DNA of 64,000 nucleotides from contig CAVSTP010000003.1 of assembly GCA_963730935.1 (NCBI GenBank), forward strand, positions 672,001 through 736,000, in the 5' to 3' direction. Of the stretch, positions 35,825-45,117 are shown piece after piece (the first letter of the stretch is position 1; each line of letters starts with the position of its first letter). This DNA is from an uncultured Nitrospiraceae bacterium (GTDB taxonomy: Bacteria; Nitrospirota; Nitrospiria; Nitrospirales; Nitrospiraceae). The translations under genes were made by a program, and so were the position numbers. The notes under the pieces are model-generated. The model worked only from the letters and a program-made list of their open reading frames with translations, was not told the DNA's origin and searched no databases.

Positions 35825-36682
35825 ATGACTACACACACGAAACTCATTCTGGTGACCGGCGCGACAGGACAGCAAGGGGGCGCAGTAGCCAGGGTTTTGC
35901 TCAACAAGGGGCAGAAAGTTCGGGTCATGACGAGACGCCCGGAAAAAGCCGCCGCACTTGCGAAGGCGGGCGCAGAGGTGGTCAAAGGAGACCTGACGAA
36001 CCAGGCCGACCTTCAGGCGGCATTGCGTGGGATATATGGAGTGTTTGCCATGTCCACTCCGTTTGAGGCCGGGATGGAGGCGGAGGTACGTCAGGGCGTC
36101 TTGCTGGCCGATGCGGCCAAACAAGCCGGGGTCGCGCACTATATATATACGTCTGTGAACGGCGCCAATCGTCATACGGGAATCCCGCACTTTGACAGCA
36201 AGTGGCAGGTCGAGCAACACATCGCGAAGATCGGCTTGCCCACGACCATCCTGCGCCCTCCCTTTTTTATGGACAACCTTACGACCGTTGGAAAGCCGTC
36301 TCCTGAGGGCGTGCTCACCATGCCGATGCGACCGGATAGAAAGCTGGGCATGGTCGCAGTCAGGGACATTGGCCAGTTCGGGGCGGCCGCATTCAGTCGT
36401 CCGAAGGATTTTCTCGGGAACGCTATCGACCTGGGGGGCGATGAATTGACCATCCCGGAGGTGGCCGCGCTATTAACTAAGGCCATGGGGAGATCCATCC
36501 GGTTCCAAGAGTTTCCACTCGACCAGGCGGAAGCCGCGATGGGCCATGATCTCGCCACGATGTTTCGCTGGTTTAACGACGTTGGATATACAATCGATGT
36601 ACCAGGCCTGACGAAGAAGTTCGGGATTCCTCTGACCTCTTTTACAGAATGGATGAAGACGGTCGAATGGCCGAAGGGCTGA
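35825..36682 (+). CDS. NmrA/HSCARG-family NAD(P)-binding protein
   Basis: ILVTGATGQQGG, IPHFDSKWQVE, LRPPFFMDN. Confidence 0.92.
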   Translation: MTTHTKLILVTGATGQQGGAVARVLLNKGQKVRVMTRRPEKAAALAKAGAEVVKGDLTNQADLQAALRGIYGVFAMSTPFEAGMEAEVRQGVLLADAAKQAGVAHYIYTSVNGANRHTGIPHFDSKWQVEQHIAKIGLPTTILRPPFFMDNLTTVGKPSPEGVLTMPMRPDRKLGMVAVRDIGQFGAAAFSRPKDFLGNAIDLGGDELTIPEVAALLTKAMGRSIRFQEFPLDQAEAAMGHDLATMFRWFNDVGYTIDVPGLTKKFGIPLTSFTEWMKTVEWPKG

Positions 36683-36751
36683 CCGCTAAAATTGCCGATG
36701 TACTGAACGCGCATATCGCAAGCCGTACTCAATGCCAAGAGGAGACAAGCC

Positions 36752-37114
36752 ATGGCCTTCAGCATTTCGACCTTGCTGACCCGCAACCTCCATGACGTTT
36801 TTGGTGAAAACGATCCCGTGCGTCGGCGCGCGGCCATCGACGAGATCTTCACTGAAGATTGCATATTCTATGAGCCCAGGGGTGTCTACCATGGGCGCGA
36901 CGAGATCGATCGCATCGCTGGCGCGATCAAGGCTACTCACCCTGACTTTCGATATCAGCCACTTGCCGAGCCCGAGGAATTGGGCAATGTCGGGCGAGTC
37001 CGGTGGGTATCGGGTCGCCCTGGTGAGGTTCCAGCTTACGCCGGGACTGATTTCATAATCGCCAGGGATGGCCGCATTGCTGGCGTGTATCTCTTTTTCG
37101 ATAAGGTGCCCTGA
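36752..37114 (+). CDS. SnoaL-like (NTF2-fold) protein
   Basis: RNLHDVFGENDP..RRAAI, GTDFIIARDGRIA. Confidence 0.85.
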   Translation: MAFSISTLLTRNLHDVFGENDPVRRRAAIDEIFTEDCIFYEPRGVYHGRDEIDRIAGAIKATHPDFRYQPLAEPEELGNVGRVRWVSGRPGEVPAYAGTDFIIARDGRIAGVYLFFDKVP

Positions 37115-37208
37115 GCAGTGAACTCAATTGCGGGCCCACGTCTGACAGGCCATCACACATGGTGGAGCCTACGGTCTGAGGGTGCCATTAGAAAACAAGG
37201 AGAATGCC

Positions 37209-37832
37209 ATGAGCAATCAATCCCATCCCTACCTGCCTCTCACTCCACAAAACGCAGCGCTTGTCCTCGTCGATCATCAGGTCGGTCTCATGACCGGCGT
37301 CCGTGACTATTCAACCGGCGAACTGAAACACAACGTCGTGGCCCTGGCCAAGGCTGCGAAAGCCCTGAAACTGCCCATTATCGTCACCACGACGGCGCGC
37401 GACAGCATGTGGGGTCCGACCTTCCCCGAGCTTGTGGAAGCGCTGCCAGGTATCGAGATCATTGATCGCTCTTCCGTCAACGCCTTCGACGACGCACGCG
37501 TCGCTCGTGCGATCGAGGCGACCGGCCGCAAGAAGCTCATCTTTGCCGGAATCTCACTCGAAGTCTGCGCGGCGTTTCCCGCCATCACAGCGGTGGGTAA
37601 GGGGTTCGACGCCTATGTGGCAGTCGATGCCTCGGGGACCTTCAGCGAGACGAAGCGGCAAGCTGGGCTCTTGCGCATGCTTCAGGCAGGGGTCGTTCTC
37701 TCGGACTACGCGACCTTGATGGTGGAAATCCTCAAGGACAACGCGCGACCGGAGGCCGGTGAGGTCTACGGCGCTATGGATATGGCTTGGGCCAAGCTTG
37801 TAGGTCAAATCGCCCAGGCTTACGGAAAGTAA
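37209..37832 (+). CDS. Isochorismatase-family cysteine hydrolase (YcaC-like)
   Basis: LVLVDHQ, IDRSSVNAF, AGISLEVC, VDASGT. Confidence 0.9.
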   Translation: MSNQSHPYLPLTPQNAALVLVDHQVGLMTGVRDYSTGELKHNVVALAKAAKALKLPIIVTTTARDSMWGPTFPELVEALPGIEIIDRSSVNAFDDARVARAIEATGRKKLIFAGISLEVCAAFPAITAVGKGFDAYVAVDASGTFSETKRQAGLLRMLQAGVVLSDYATLMVEILKDNARPEAGEVYGAMDMAWAKLVGQIAQAYGK

Positions 37833-37870
37833 GAGGCAAACTGCCTTTTGAAGGGCATCCGGTTGGGCGC

Positions 37871-37987
37871 GACCCTGTGGGCTCATCGCTATTTCCGGAG
37901 GCGCCCCGCGATTCGCGACTCCGCCGAAGGCCAGCCGGCGTCGAAGGGATGGCCGGGGTTGTCGATGTTGATGACCAGCGTGCGTGA
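37871..37987 (-). pseudogene. xth 3'-end relic R2
   Basis: Minus strand reads LVINIDNPGHPFDAGWPSAESRIAGRLRK*, plus the shared downstream flank; homologous to 41660-41776. Confidence 0.9.
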
Positions 37988-38093
37988 CTTTTCGTGAAGG
38001 CCAGTAGACATCGCGGTCGACGGCGGTGACTTCGTGAGGCGGGCCCGCTAATATTCCATTGCGCTGTCCGTAATCTAAGCCAAAGGAGATCGG

Positions 38094-38636
38094 ATGAACA
38101 CCAGAATCGGGACGTTCTCTTGGGCCGCGTTGTTGCTCGCTCTGTGGATGGTTCCCGCATGGGTAGAGGCACAAACGCCGCGTCAGCAGGCGGAGAAAGA
38201 GCTGCAACGAAAGGCACCGAACGCCGGAGTGGAGGCCTGTTCTCTGATTACGCGCGCCGACGTGAAGGCTGCCACCGGCAGGGATCCGTTTGTCGACCCC
38301 GAGTCCGCCGGCCAGGGCGGCTGGATGTGCAACGTCGGCACTGGCGAATTGAAGGTGTATTCGGGCCCGAAATCGTCGGAGACATGGGAGTCCACACTGC
38401 AGAGTTTCAAGATGGACAAGGAGCCGCGGACGCCGGCTCCAGGCTTCGGCGAGCAATCCTACTTCCTTTACCCAAAGCCGGCGAAGAAGTCTCAAGGCAA
38501 CGTCGCGGTCTTGGTTGCGAAGTCTGGCAACCACACGCTCGTTCTGTCACTCGACGCACCCGATGACAAGCCGGCCGAGTCAATGCGCCCAGCGCTCGAA
38601 TCGCTGATGAAAACGATCCTCGCCCGGCTGCCATGA
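38094..38636 (+). CDS. Hypothetical exported protein
   Basis: AAGGAG RBS, signal peptide ending VEA, ACSLITRADV motif resembling 43886..44419. Confidence 0.75.
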   Translation: MNTRIGTFSWAALLLALWMVPAWVEAQTPRQQAEKELQRKAPNAGVEACSLITRADVKAATGRDPFVDPESAGQGGWMCNVGTGELKVYSGPKSSETWESTLQSFKMDKEPRTPAPGFGEQSYFLYPKPAKKSQGNVAVLVAKSGNHTLVLSLDAPDDKPAESMRPALESLMKTILARLP

Positions 38637-38643
38637 GAAGGTA

Positions 38644-38752
38644 CCAGCCGGCGTCGAACGGATGGCGGGCTGTCGATGTCGATGACCAGCGGTTCGTGAT
38701 CGGAGGGCAACGGTTTTCCCTTCCTCGCCTCACGATCGATCTCGGCACAGAC
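38644..38752 (-). pseudogene. xth 3'-region relic R3
   Basis: Near-identical to 41719-41829 (AEIDREARKGKPLPSDHEPLVIDIDS), with a small deletion. Confidence 0.9.
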
Positions 38753-38900
38753 ATCGCGGGGTTGATTTGCTGTTCGCCGACCCTAAGGCCGGCTATGGAG
38801 CCTTGACAGAGACTGGCAAACGGGATAATGAAACGCTCCCGTCTGGGCTCCCTGTGCTGATCAGGTCTTCGTACTACGGTGGCCAGCAGCAGACCTTTCA

Positions 38901-40187
38901 ATGCTCCTTATGCCTAAGGATCAAGTCCAGCCTCCCGTCATCGTCGTTCCAGGGATCACAGGAACGGGTCTGGAGGACTATTATCCAATCCCACCGGAGG
39001 AAGTGTGGTCCGCCGTTCTCAAGAAGAATTACGAACGTATCTCGATGCATCCGGATAATCCTCGCTATGAGGCGCTTGAGCCGGCGCGGGTGCAGCCACA
39101 TGGCATCTTTGGAATCATCTACGAAGATCTGGTCGAGGCCCTACGTCACGACTTGATGATAAGACGTACGGAGCCAACCCCAGTCTTTCCGTTCAGCTAT
39201 GACTGGCGACAGGACTGCACGCAGTCCGCTGACTTGCTCGCTGGTTTTATTGAAGAGGTCATCGAACGGACCGTACTCCTTCCTCATTACCGAGAAGCAA
39301 GTAAATCGCTCTGTGTCGACCTCGTGGCCCACTCGATGGGTGGCCTTATCGTAGCTGACTACCTGACACGTTACGGCAAAGAAAAAAAGGTTCGTCGTGT
39401 CGTATCGATTGCTTCACCTTTCGAGGGTGCAATCGACGCCATAGAAAAAGTTTCAACAGGCATGGGTACGTTGACCGGCTCATATCCACGAGATAGAGAA
39501 CGCGAAGCGTCCCGTACCATTCCGGCTATCTACCAGCTGCTACCGTCATATAGTGGTGCCATCGAAGACGAGCCTGGACAGCCGAATGACATCTTTGACG
39601 TTCAGACTTGGCGCGTATGGCAGCGTTCAGTCTTGATGACTCTGCGCGAGTACATCCGCCTGCATAAGGCCGAGATAGACCCCGAAAAGCTTCTGGGACA
39701 GTATCTAGAGACAGCATGGAAACATCGGCAACGGATCAGAAAACTAAATTTGGCGCAAGTTCTGTCGGAGGGCGTGAAGGGTTGGATGGCGATAGCGGGG
39801 CTAGGAGAGCCGACCCGAATAAAAGTCGAAACAAAAAAGGATGTCGGAGGACGGTGGTTTGCATTTGCGCCGCCGGTCGAAGAGTGGAAGAATGATCACA
39901 GCAGTATGAAAACCGGGGATGGGACCGTTCCATTTGCAGGGGCGATACCACGCTTTCTTAAAATTGAGAATCTAGTCTGTATCAGCCGAGCCGAGTTCGG
40001 CATATTCGAACTTGGTGATCGGGCACTCGCCCTGGGGGCCGGGCTTCATGCGGCTCTCCCTACAGTCAACCTCGTTCAACGGCTGACGATTAAATTCCTG
40101 CGCCGCGAATATTCCGGCGATATCGAGGCGAGGCCCGCTCCCGGAGTGACCACGCCGGAATGGCCAATGGACATTCCGGTAAAATAA
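38901..40187 (+). CDS. Alpha/beta hydrolase of lipase/LCAT-like type
   Basis: VIVVPGITGT, FSYDWR, AHSMGG, GDGTVP. Confidence 0.85.
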   Translation: MLLMPKDQVQPPVIVVPGITGTGLEDYYPIPPEEVWSAVLKKNYERISMHPDNPRYEALEPARVQPHGIFGIIYEDLVEALRHDLMIRRTEPTPVFPFSYDWRQDCTQSADLLAGFIEEVIERTVLLPHYREASKSLCVDLVAHSMGGLIVADYLTRYGKEKKVRRVVSIASPFEGAIDAIEKVSTGMGTLTGSYPRDREREASRTIPAIYQLLPSYSGAIEDEPGQPNDIFDVQTWRVWQRSVLMTLREYIRLHKAEIDPEKLLGQYLETAWKHRQRIRKLNLAQVLSEGVKGWMAIAGLGEPTRIKVETKKDVGGRWFAFAPPVEEWKNDHSSMKTGDGTVPFAGAIPRFLKIENLVCISRAEFGIFELGDRALALGAGLHAALPTVNLVQRLTIKFLRREYSGDIEARPAPGVTTPEWPMDIPVK

Positions 40188-40280
40188 GTCCCAACCGGAT
40201 GTTCATGGCGTCAGTTCAGAAACAAGGCCGAAGCACGAAAGAGGTCAGGCCTATTGAGGCTTTGACACGCGCCCTGCAAT

Positions 40281-40358
40281 TCGCGATCGGCCCAGACAAC
40301 GCACTGTTTTAACGGCGCTGTCACGAGCAGGTGATCGATCCGCATCATTGCGTGTTTT
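40281..40358 (-). pseudogene. xth relic R4
   Basis: Minus strand reads MRIDHLLVTAPLKQCVVWA--DRE versus xth MRIDHLLVTTTLQHRVVWAEIDRE (about 41807-41889). Confidence 0.8.
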
Positions 40359-40364
40359 AGCCGT

Positions 40365-41567
40365 TTACCTGGGCGAATCCATTCTTCTTCGGACGAAGGG
40401 TGAATCCCAACGACTCCACAGAATTCCAAGAGCATTAAGCCATGGCGTCATGATCATCGTGGCCGCGACGACAATGATGCCAGTGGAGAATTGAACCTGC
40501 GTTTCTGTGCCGAGGGCCAATAACTCGCCAAGTGCCACGAAAGCAAATTCGCTGCATTGAGCGAGGAGAAAGGACATCCGAGCCGCCGCACCGTGTTGCA
40601 TGCTCATCGCTCGGGCGGCCAGATATAGCACGACAATCTTGAACGCGATGATCGCAAGGACGTGCAGAAGAATTATTGCGACATGTCCGCGCAGTACGCT
40701 GAGATCAACCGTCAGTCCTACGGAGACAAAAAACAGTCCCAGCAAGAGATTCTTGAGTGGCAGAACTTCCTCTTCCAATCGATGTCTGTACTCCGAGCTG
40801 CCCAGCGACACACCCGCGATGAACGCTCCCATGGCCATCGAAAGACCCGTGGAAGAGGCGAGCCATGCGCCGCCGAACAGGGCAATAAAAATGATTGCCG
40901 TAAAGGTTTCGCCGAAGTTTGGGGCCACCGCGAGGCGCAGGAGTCGGGGCCAGACGTACCGGCCAACGACGAAGATGATGATCATGGCCCCTGCGGCGTA
41001 CAGGACATCCCCCCATACGAAGCTCTCTGCTGATCCAGTCCCGGCAAACACCGGCAGCAAGGCGAGGATCGGTACGACGGTCAAGTCCTGAAATAGAAGC
41101 AGGGCTAAAGTCGCCTGTCCATATTCTTGCTCCAGTTCGCCTTTTCCTTTCAGGAGCTGGAGCACAAGCGCTGTAGATGAGTTTGACGCGACTAGTCCGA
41201 AAAGAAGCGCAAGAGACCAGGAAGGCGCGAAGAAGCGCCAATAAAACATCATCGCCAGACCGGTTCCAATCACTTGCGCGGCTCCAAGGCCGAAGGCATA
41301 TCGTCGCAGCGACCAGATTTTCCGAGGATCGAGCTCGAGTCCGATCACAAAGAGAAAGAAGACCACGCCCAGTTGCGAAATGTCGGTCAGGCGTCCAATC
41401 TGGCTGGTATTGAGGACATGTGATGATCCCAAAATGATTCCGGAGAGTAACAGCCCGAGTTCCGGACCGATCCCAAGCCGCCGAGCGAGGGGAATCATCA
41501 CGGCACTGATGGTGAGCAGCAACGTGACGGCCACTACTATATCCGGCAATGAGATATAGGGGTTCAA
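40365..41567 (-). CDS. CPA2 cation:proton antiporter (KefB/KefC-like membrane domain, no KTN domain)
   Basis: LGVVFFLFVIGLEL, SSTALV, LLFQDL, MGAFIAGV, LLGLFFVSVG, QCSEFAFV. Confidence 0.88.
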   Translation of the reverse strand: MNPYISLPDIVVAVTLLLTISAVMIPLARRLGIGPELGLLLSGIILGSSHVLNTSQIGRLTDISQLGVVFFLFVIGLELDPRKIWSLRRYAFGLGAAQVIGTGLAMMFYWRFFAPSWSLALLFGLVASNSSTALVLQLLKGKGELEQEYGQATLALLLFQDLTVVPILALLPVFAGTGSAESFVWGDVLYAAGAMIIIFVVGRYVWPRLLRLAVAPNFGETFTAIIFIALFGGAWLASSTGLSMAMGAFIAGVSLGSSEYRHRLEEEVLPLKNLLLGLFFVSVGLTVDLSVLRGHVAIILLHVLAIIAFKIVVLYLAARAMSMQHGAAARMSFLLAQCSEFAFVALGELLALGTETQVQFSTGIIVVAATMIMTPWLNALGILWSRWDSPFVRRRMDSPR

Positions 41568-41676
41568 GCTGAGCCTCCCAATTCGACCACGCGTGTCATC
41601 GCGGATTTCGTATTGCTATGCCGACCGATCGTCAGGACAAGTGCACCTTGGACGCCTCAGACCCTGTGGCTCATCG

Positions 41677-42552
41677 CTATTTCCGCTGGCGCCCCGCAAT
41701 GCGCGACTCGGCCGAAGCCCAGCCGGCGTCGAACGGATGCCCGGGGCTGTCGATGTCGATGACCAGCGGTGCGTGATCCGAGGGCAACGGTTTTCCCTTC
41801 CTCGCCTCGCGATCGATCTCGGCCCAGACCACACGGTGTTGTAAGGTGGTGGTCACCAATAAGTGGTCGATGCGCATGCCGATGTTTTTGTGAAAATTGC
41901 CTGCGCGATAATCCCACCAGGTGTAACGCCCCGGTTCCGGGTGATGCAATCGGAATGCATCGACGAATCCCGCGCTCGAAAGCCCTGCAAAAGCTTGCCG
42001 CTCGCGCTCGGAAACGTGTGTCCCGCCTTGACAAGCACTGGGGTCCCACACATCGGCATCTTCGGGCGCCACATTGAAATCACCGCCGATGACGGCCGGT
42101 GTATCCGAAGTGACGGCCCGACTGATCCAGCGAGCCAGCCTGTCGAACCACACGAGCTTGGCTTCATAAAACGGTGAATCCACGAGCCGGCCGTTCGGCG
42201 CGTACACGCAGATGATGCGCACGCCGCCGCATTCGGCAGCGAGCATCCTGGCCTCAGCCATCGGTTCATCGTCACCGGTTTCAGACGTACGGGCCGGCCG
42301 TAATGGCTCTCCAAAATTTGTGATGACGCTGTCGATGCCGCACCGACTCGCGATCGCAACGCCGTTCCATCGACCCTCACCGTGGTGCACCAGCTCGTAT
42401 CCGGCCTGCTTGAAGGGTTCGACAGGCGCATCCGCGTCCCCCAGCTTCGTTTCCTGCATCAGAAGCACGTCCGGCTTCGCCCGATCCAGCCACCACATGA
42501 CCTTCTCAAGGCGAGCCTTCAGCGAGTTGACATTCCAAGTGGCAATCCGCAT
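41677..42552 (-). CDS. xth: Exodeoxyribonuclease III
   Basis: MRIATWNVNSL, QETK, YAPNG, GDFNVA, YTWWDYR, MRIDH, SDHAP. Confidence 0.96.
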   Translation of the reverse strand: MRIATWNVNSLKARLEKVMWWLDRAKPDVLLMQETKLGDADAPVEPFKQAGYELVHHGEGRWNGVAIASRCGIDSVITNFGEPLRPARTSETGDDEPMAEARMLAAECGGVRIICVYAPNGRLVDSPFYEAKLVWFDRLARWISRAVTSDTPAVIGGDFNVAPEDADVWDPSACQGGTHVSERERQAFAGLSSAGFVDAFRLHHPEPGRYTWWDYRAGNFHKNIGMRIDHLLVTTTLQHRVVWAEIDREARKGKPLPSDHAPLVIDIDSPGHPFDAGWASAESRIAGRQRK

Positions 42553-42594
42553 GGCTAATGATTCTTCCATTCGGGCCGCGGCGTATGGCGGCAG

Positions 42595-43314
42595 TCACTT
42601 AGCATCATGGAAGATGACGCCGAGCGTAAAGCGTGAACCAGAGTGAATCGTGCTCACGCCGTGCCGCATGTTGACCCGGTAATAGCCCCGGCTTCCTTGG
42701 ACGGGACGGTGCCGCGTCGCAAAGATCACGATTTCTCCCTGCTGAGGGGCCAGGACTTCACCGCGTGATTGTGCCCGCGGTCGCTGTTCCACGAGCAGAA
42801 ATTCACCACCGACAAAATCGCGGTCAGGGCGACTGAGAAAGGCGGTGAGCTGCAGCGGGAAAGCGACGGCTCCATAGATATCCTGATGAAGGCAGTTATA
42901 ATCCCCCGCACCGTAACGAAGTAACAACGGTGTGGGCTTCGTCTGTCCGTTCCGACGACAGACGGCGAGCAGTTTCTCGTGACTCGGCGGAAACGTATCC
43001 CTCTGTCCCAATGCCTTTGTCCAGGCGTTGGCGATCACCGCAAGACGAGGATAGATGTGTTCGCGCAGCGTTTGGACCAGCGACGGCAAGGGATAGGTGA
43101 AGTATTTGTACTCCCCCTCGCCAAACCGAAAGCGCTTCATGTCGATCCGGCTTCGGAACAATTGGTCCTTGCCGTACAGGGCGACAAGAGCCTCGCACTC
43201 GTCGGCCGTCAGCAACGGGTCGGTTTTGGCATAACCCCGCTCCCATAACGATGCTTCAATGGCCTTCCAGTCTAGCTGGACCAGTCGGTCTTGGATGTTG
43301 ACCACTTCAGCCAT
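42595..43314 (-). CDS. 2OG-Fe(II) oxygenase (DUF2086 type, often linked to alkylation repair)
   Basis: YNCLHQD, GGEF..VEQRPRAQSR, RHGVS, GVIFHDA. Confidence 0.9.
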   Translation of the reverse strand: MAEVVNIQDRLVQLDWKAIEASLWERGYAKTDPLLTADECEALVALYGKDQLFRSRIDMKRFRFGEGEYKYFTYPLPSLVQTLREHIYPRLAVIANAWTKALGQRDTFPPSHEKLLAVCRRNGQTKPTPLLLRYGAGDYNCLHQDIYGAVAFPLQLTAFLSRPDRDFVGGEFLLVEQRPRAQSRGEVLAPQQGEIVIFATRHRPVQGSRGYYRVNMRHGVSTIHSGSRFTLGVIFHDAK

Positions 43315-43353
43315 TTCGTCCTAAGTAATGGATATAATTCGACACCATCCCTA

Positions 43354-43381
43354 TGTCGATTTTGGCCATCGAGAACGACTA
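43354..43381 (+). promoter_or_regulatory. ECF42-type promoter upstream of the DGPF/YciI gene
   Basis: TGTCGA-N16-CGACTA; the same motif occurs at 44514. Confidence 0.7.
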
Positions 43382-43426
43382 TCTGTCAAGAACATCGTTT
43401 CACAGTCAAATTGGAGGGTCGAAGCC

Positions 43427-43789
43427 ATGAAATATCTGCTCCTGTGTTGCCACGAAGAGAAGAAATGGGACTCCATGTCCAAAAGCGACTGCGACGCCGT
43501 GATGGAAGAGACCATGGCCTATGTCGAGGCGCTGAAGAAGAGTGGTCAGCTTCTTGCGGTAGAGCAACTCGACCCCATAAAGACGGCCATAAGCGTGAGA
43601 ATCCGGAGCGGGAAGTTGTCCGTGACCGACGGTCCCTATGCTGAAACGAAAGAGCAGCTCGGTGGCTTTTTCCTGATCAGCGCCCGAGATCTGAACGAGG
43701 CGATCCAGGTGGCCTCGAAGTTTCCGTCGGTGCGCTTCGGAACCATGGAGGTGCGGCCGGTCAGGGAAATTCCCGGCAGCGGCCACTAG
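43427..43789 (+). CDS. YciI-related DGPF-domain protein
   Basis: VTDGPYAETKEQLGGFFLI, EVRPV; GGAGG RBS. Confidence 0.92.
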   Translation: MKYLLLCCHEEKKWDSMSKSDCDAVMEETMAYVEALKKSGQLLAVEQLDPIKTAISVRIRSGKLSVTDGPYAETKEQLGGFFLISARDLNEAIQVASKFPSVRFGTMEVRPVREIPGSGH

Positions 43790-43885
43790 TCGGCGCGGCG
43801 TTGATGCTATGAATCACGTTTGGCTGTTGCTATACTGCCGGACTCCGATTTCCCGCCAGTCGTCGGTTTCAAACCGGAGGTGCAG

Positions 43886-44419
43886 ATGCTGCCGTTCAGT
43901 CTTGCCATGATCCTGATCGCGTTGCTCATATCGCCTGCCGACGCGAAAGAAAAATCGGCTTGCTCATTGCTGACCTCGAGCGATATTGAGGCTGTCGTTG
44001 GCGGGAAAGTGAGCGCGAGCCAGCCGATTCATTTTGATGACATTCCGAGTGGCAAGAAGACCGTGAAAGCGTACGGCTGCCTGTGGGGCGTCTCTACTAT
44101 AGGGCAAGTCTCCATCAGTTGGTTTGAAGGACCCCTCACCGATGACGAGATCGCCCAGTTGATCAAGATGACCAAGAACAATCCGGGAACCGAGGACCTT
44201 AAAAAGGCCAACTATAAAGAAACAGCAAAAGATTTTCCCCAAGCCTCGTGCTCAAGCTATACACCCCCGGCCGGTGCCAAAGATGGCATGCCCATGTCCA
44301 CCTGTGCCGGTGGAGCAAAGGGGCATGGTCTTACGCTCACGTTCATGAGCCCCAGCAAGACACTCACGATTGATCAGACGAAGGCCCTCTTGGACAAGGC
44401 CGCTTCGCACGTCCACTGA
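43886..44419 (+). CDS. Hypothetical exported Cys-containing protein
   Basis: GGAGG RBS, signal peptide ending ADA, ACSLLTSSDI. Confidence 0.75.
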   Translation: MLPFSLAMILIALLISPADAKEKSACSLLTSSDIEAVVGGKVSASQPIHFDDIPSGKKTVKAYGCLWGVSTIGQVSISWFEGPLTDDEIAQLIKMTKNNPGTEDLKKANYKETAKDFPQASCSSYTPPAGAKDGMPMSTCAGGAKGHGLTLTFMSPSKTLTIDQTKALLDKAASHVH

Positions 44420-44513
44420 GGCTGCACCTGGTCAATGCTATCCTGCCGAGTTTGGCGAGAGCGCTCGTCGATCGATTCCAACCACCGCTTGAACACTTAG
44501 CCTTTGAGGGCGG

Positions 44514-44541
44514 TGTCGATTTCTGGAATCTCGTTCGACTA
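44514..44541 (+). promoter_or_regulatory. ECF42-type promoter upstream of the SRPBCC gene
   Basis: TGTCGA-N16-CGACTA. Confidence 0.7.
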
Positions 44542-44601
44542 CAAGATACGAGGTTACGTCGTAATCGTGCTGGGCATCAACTAGAAAAAGGAGAAATAGC
44601 C

Positions 44602-45048
44602 GTGGGAACTAATACCATTCGACTCCATCGCGTGCTTCGTGCAACACCGGAACGGATCTATCGGGCATTTCTCGATGCAGATGCCATGGTGAAGTGGCTG
44701 CCGCCAAATGGATTTACGGGCAAGGTGCATCACATGGATGCCAAAGTCGGCGGCACTTTTAAGATGTCGTTTACGAATTTTACGACAGGCAAGAGCCACT
44801 CCTTTGGCGGTAAGTATCTTGAACTCGTGCCCCATGAGCGCCTGCGGTATACGGACAACTTCGACGACCCGAACCTGCCTGGAGAAATTCACGTGACGGT
44901 CACCTTGAAGAAAGTCTCTTGCGGAACGGAAGTTCATATCGTGCAAGAAGGCGTGCCTGATGTGATTCCGGCAGAGGCCTGCTACCTCGGCTGGCAAGAA
45001 TCGCTCATTCTTCTTGGGAAACTCGTCGAAGCGGAGATCCCAGACTAA
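44602..45048 (+). CDS. SRPBCC/AHSA1-family protein
   Basis: LHRVLRATPERIYRAFLD, KWLPP, CYLGWQESL; GTG start with AAGGAG RBS. Confidence 0.9.
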   Translation: MGTNTIRLHRVLRATPERIYRAFLDADAMVKWLPPNGFTGKVHHMDAKVGGTFKMSFTNFTTGKSHSFGGKYLELVPHERLRYTDNFDDPNLPGEIHVTVTLKKVSCGTEVHIVQEGVPDVIPAEACYLGWQESLILLGKLVEAEIPD

Positions 45049-45117
45049 TATCGCCGGCTGAGGAATAGAAAGGGGGTCGCAAGTCTCTCTTGCTGACGGG
45101 GTAGTAAGGAGGGCTGC

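Noticed and set aside
38803..38829. TTGACA...GATAAT upstream of the lipase gene
   Set aside because: The spacer is only 15 bp and the -10 is imperfect.
34376..40358. xth relics interpreted as a CRISPR array or DGR template/variable repeats
   Set aside because: Repeats are long, unequal and gene-derived, separated by whole genes; no cas or reverse transcriptase is present, and differences are not adenine-specific.
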